A stretch of 64,000 bases of DNA from Candidatus Obscuribacteraceae bacterium (GTDB lineage: Bacteria; Cyanobacteriota; Vampirovibrionia; Obscuribacterales; Obscuribacteraceae), in assembly GCA_044226015.1 (NCBI GenBank), contig JBGAHS010000004.1, positions 544,001 through 608,000 of the forward strand. Direction: 5' to 3'. The notes under the pieces were generated by a model. The model saw nothing but the letters and a program-made list of their open reading frames with translations, was not told the origin of the DNA and searched no databases. Position 1 is the stretch's first letter, and each line of letters starts with the position of its first letter. The translations under genes were made by a program, and so were the position numbers. Of the stretch, positions 61,186 to 64,000 are shown in pieces.

Positions 61186-61772
61186 TGAAATTAGTAATCG
61201 GTACAAAAAATCCCGGCAAGCTCAGAGAGTTTCAAGACCTGGCAGCCGCAGAAAATTGGCTTCAACTCGAGATGGTTGGCAACAATTTTGAAGCCGTGGA
61301 AACTGGAAAGACATTTTTTGAAAACGCCAAAATAAAGGCCATAAAGGCTGCTCAAATGACAGGAAAGCAATCTCTTGCAGATGATTCCGGACTTGTCATT
61401 GAAGCACTCAATGGAAAGCCCGGAATCATGTCTGCGCGTTATTGTGAAGGCAGCGATGCTGATCGCCGCGCCAAGATATTGAAAGAAATGGAAAAAGTAC
61501 CAGAAGAACAAAGGCATGCTGCATTCTTCTGTGCAATGGTAATTGCCAATCCCGAGGGACAGGTTGTCTTCAACACCATTCGTTGTTGGGAAGGTGTCAT
61601 AGGCTTTGAAGAGCGCGGAGACAACGGTTTTGGATACGATCCCATCTTCTACCTGCCAAAGCGCAAGGTGAGCGCTGCAGAGCTTTCTTCCGAAGAGAAG
61701 AACAAGCTTTCACATCGCGCTAAAGCCTGGATAGAAGTTGTTAAATATCTTGAGCAACACAAAGAAAGCTAG
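61185..61772 (+). CDS. rdgB: dITP/XTP pyrophosphatase (RdgB/HAM1)
   Basis: TKNPGKLRE, ENAKIKA, ADDSGL, PGIMSAR, GFGYDPIF, KNKLSHR. Confidence 0.95.
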   Translation: MKLVIGTKNPGKLREFQDLAAAENWLQLEMVGNNFEAVETGKTFFENAKIKAIKAAQMTGKQSLADDSGLVIEALNGKPGIMSARYCEGSDADRRAKILKEMEKVPEEQRHAAFFCAMVIANPEGQVVFNTIRCWEGVIGFEERGDNGFGYDPIFYLPKRKVSAAELSSEEKNKLSHRAKAWIEVVKYLEQHKES

Positions 61773-61784
61773 AGCAGTAGTAAC

Positions 61785-62108
61785 CTATGAGACTATGCTC
61801 GGAGCCGTAGTTGGCGATACGGCTGGAGCTGCAGCGCCTCCATTTAATTCACCGTAGCACAATTCTGGGCAGTTAGATTCAGCCATCTTGATCAACTTCG
61901 ATGCTGAGATTTCCAGTGCTACTGCCAGTCGGCTCAGTGTTTTCAATGTAGGGTTTCGCGCGCCTCGTTCGATATCGCTAATATACGTTCTGTGCAAGCC
62001 GGCTCTGTTAGCTAACTCCTCTTGTGATATTCCTAATTGTCCTCTTCTCTTGTGGACAGCATCACATACTGCAGCCAAGAAAGGATCCGGTTTCCCCTTT
62101 TGCTTCAC
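61785..62108 (-). CDS. XRE-family HTH regulator
   Basis: ISQEELANRAGLHRTYISDIERGARNPTL. Confidence 0.9.
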   Translation of the reverse strand: MKQKGKPDPFLAAVCDAVHKRRGQLGISQEELANRAGLHRTYISDIERGARNPTLKTLSRLAVALEISASKLIKMAESNCPELCYGELNGGAAAPAVSPTTAPSIVS

Positions 62109-62366
62109 TTAGAACTCCCGTTTCGTCCAGCTTGATCCCGAACTAATAACCATAAATAACCATCTTTGATTTTGGCGAAAATACACACCAATAGTCAACA
62201 GGCTATGAGTGACTCGCTGGCGTAAACTCTGTGGGGACAGCTCTTTGCGACTCGTAGTCAATTTACATACATTTGCATTTTTGACTTTAAAGTGAAAATT
62301 GCCGTTCCGCACTTCTCAGTTGAGCCCCAGTACAAGAGGCTTTTAGCCATCAGCAAAAGAGATGCT

Positions 62367-64000
62367 TTATTTAGTCTCTTTCTTTTTAGTGCTATCTTCC
62401 TTGGCTTTTGTCTTCGAAGAATTCGTCTTGGAGACTGTTTTCGATGTCTTACTGTCGCTGGCAGCAGCGGATTTGTTAGTTGGAGCTTTTACTTCGCTCT
62501 TATTTTTTCCAGCAATTTTGTCATCGAGCGCCTGAATTGCTTGCATCAAATTGAGTGCTTCTGCATAGTTCAAAGACTCATCCGAAATGCGGAAAGCCGC
62601 TTCGTTAGCTTCAATTCGACCCATTTCTTCCTTGGCTTCTTTGTAAGTATTCGGACTGAGTCCTTTTGCTTTCGCTTCCTCTAGCTTTTTGGAAAGCGCT
62701 GCTTGCAAGGCATCAATGTCTGGCAGAGGGCTCTTTAACTTAGCTGCAGCCTCTTCGATTTGCTTATTGAGCCTGTGCATATCGACTGCAACCACCAGGT
62801 ATTCTTGATAGCTAATGCCCCCGGTTGCCCGTTTGTCAGAAACAGACGCGCCCAATTTGTCTAGCTTCTTTTTGAGTTCCTGGGAGGTATCGGCGGAAAG
62901 GCGTCCCGTCGCTAGCAGGTTGCCGAGTTTTTGCTCCAGGTCAGAATGTGCGCGGTCCACAATTGGAAGTGTAATTGGCATTACTCGAACATTTCTTTCG
63001 ACGTTGGCTTCGAGTCTCTGATAAGCGTACTCTAGAGCAAGTCGTTCACCATAGCTGAGCCCCCCATCATTTGACCGCAGAAGGGCGAAAGCTGCGCTTA
63101 TAGTGTCATACATACCGCGCAAATTTTCTGCTTCTACAGGTGAAAGTACGCCGTCTGAGAAGCCCTGTCGAATTTTCTTTTCAACATTTCCTTGTAGTGA
63201 AACAATGTCACTGGTCATAACTTGTTTGTCGCGTATTTCGCGATCAAGTTGCTGCCACGTTTTTTCCAGTGAAATTATAAGTTCAAGAGCCTTATCTCCG
63301 GTAAGCCCAATACTACTGCTGCGATATTCTTTCTCAGACTTTGTATTCTCGGCCAATTTTTGAAGATAGAGGTCAGCGCTGGCATTGTTAAGTCTGCCGG
63401 ATGATAAGCCTTCATTCACAAGGCTTTCTATTTGATCTCTGCGCTTTTCTATACCTGGATAAAACGCCGCGTGTCCGTGTATTTCCTCTTCGATGTCGTT
63501 GGAGAGGCGCTCTAACTCAAATGCGATTGCAAATTTCTCGCGGGTGTTTAGTTCGTTATCGCTGGCTGCATATTTTTCCTTGACACTGTTGAGTTCGCCG
63601 AGAGACAAAATGGCTGATCTCAAATCTCCTGCGCTCAAAAGTCCAAGTGCAGCTGATTCACCTATACGGTTATCGATTGCTGAACGGAGATTATCAATAT
63701 TCGGAAGTTCCAGATCTCTATCTTTGGTTTGTTTGTCTAGTACTCCACCTAAAGATTGCAATTCCTGTGCTACCAGAATAGCCTGACCTACTGTCATTCC
63801 TCCAGATTGCTTTGTAAACTCGTCATGCTTCTTGTTCAGCAGGCTGAGTTGTTTTAAGAAGTCTCTCGATTGCTCAGGCGTGAGTCTCTTTGCCTGGAGC
63901 GCTTTTTTGTTTCGATCTGAAAGATGCGTGATACCAATTACAATACCAGACCAGAGCGTGCTCGGTGAATGTAGTTGTCGATCAATTCTGCCTTCAAGTC
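62367..64000 (-). CDS. Helical-repeat hypothetical protein (5' end beyond the window)
   Basis: Frame is open from the window edge through 63797; roughly 75-80-aa repeats (G..sGrLs..ea..l.....fr.sdggL.y.E.l.l); Lys-rich tail. Confidence 0.75.
   Translation of the reverse strand, partial: LEGRIDRQLHSPSTLWSGIVIGITHLSDRNKKALQAKRLTPEQSRDFLKQLSLLNKKHDEFTKQSGGMTVGQAILVAQELQSLGGVLDKQTKDRDLELPNIDNLRSAIDNRIGESAALGLLSAGDLRSAILSLGELNSVKEKYAASDNELNTREKFAIAFELERLSNDIEEEIHGHAAFYPGIEKRRDQIESLVNEGLSSGRLNNASADLYLQKLAENTKSEKEYRSSSIGLTGDKALELIISLEKTWQQLDREIRDKQVMTSDIVSLQGNVEKKIRQGFSDGVLSPVEAENLRGMYDTISAAFALLRSNDGGLSYGERLALEYAYQRLEANVERNVRVMPITLPIVDRAHSDLEQKLGNLLATGRLSADTSQELKKKLDKLGASVSDKRATGGISYQEYLVVAVDMHRLNKQIEEAAAKLKSPLPDIDALQAALSKKLEEAKAKGLSPNTYKEAKEEMGRIEANEAAFRISDESLNYAEALNLMQAIQALDDKIAGKNKSEVKAPTNKSAAASDSKTSKTVSKTNSSKTKAKEDSTKKKETK

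Noticed and set aside
61785..62108. Prophage or restriction-modification controller locus around the XRE gene
   Set aside because: No integrase, phage, methyltransferase or nuclease genes adjacent
62200..62290. c-di-GMP-I riboswitch-like GCAAA..CGCAAAG on the minus strand upstream of the XRE gene
   Set aside because: The required P2 stem with GNRA loop and the P3 elements could not be formed

Overview
Gene-dense bacterial chromosomal window with no rRNA, tRNA, CRISPR array, transposase or phage genes that I could recognise. Housekeeping genes are carB, mutS2, deoC, alaS, ilvE, rel/spoT, rdgB, murT and an NAD kinase. It also carries a TetR-regulated RND efflux pair, glycosylation and envelope genes (GT2 plus GT-C-like pair, DprE1-like oxidoreductase, GT9, CsgG-like protein) and many lineage-specific proteins. 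The gene style suggests a non-photosynthetic cyanobacterial relative (Vampirovibrionia/Melainabacteria, Obscuribacterales-like); this is an inference. Highlights: (1) a full-length ferrosome FezB-like P1B ATPase that has lost its phosphorylation Asp (FDKTG to FARSG), its TGE motif and GDGxND, coupled to a small DUF5132-like membrane protein; (2) two adjacent giant proteins built from TPR-like/coiled-coil modules ending in Gly-rich membrane-type domains, plus other signal-peptide-less effector-like proteins; (3) an unannotated ~190-nt rod-shaped RNA consistent with 6S RNA; (4) a BON gene with two in-frame stops, each one G>T change from a sense codon; (5) a palindromic non-coding tandem repeat. 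All family assignments come from motif recognition by eye; no database searches were run.
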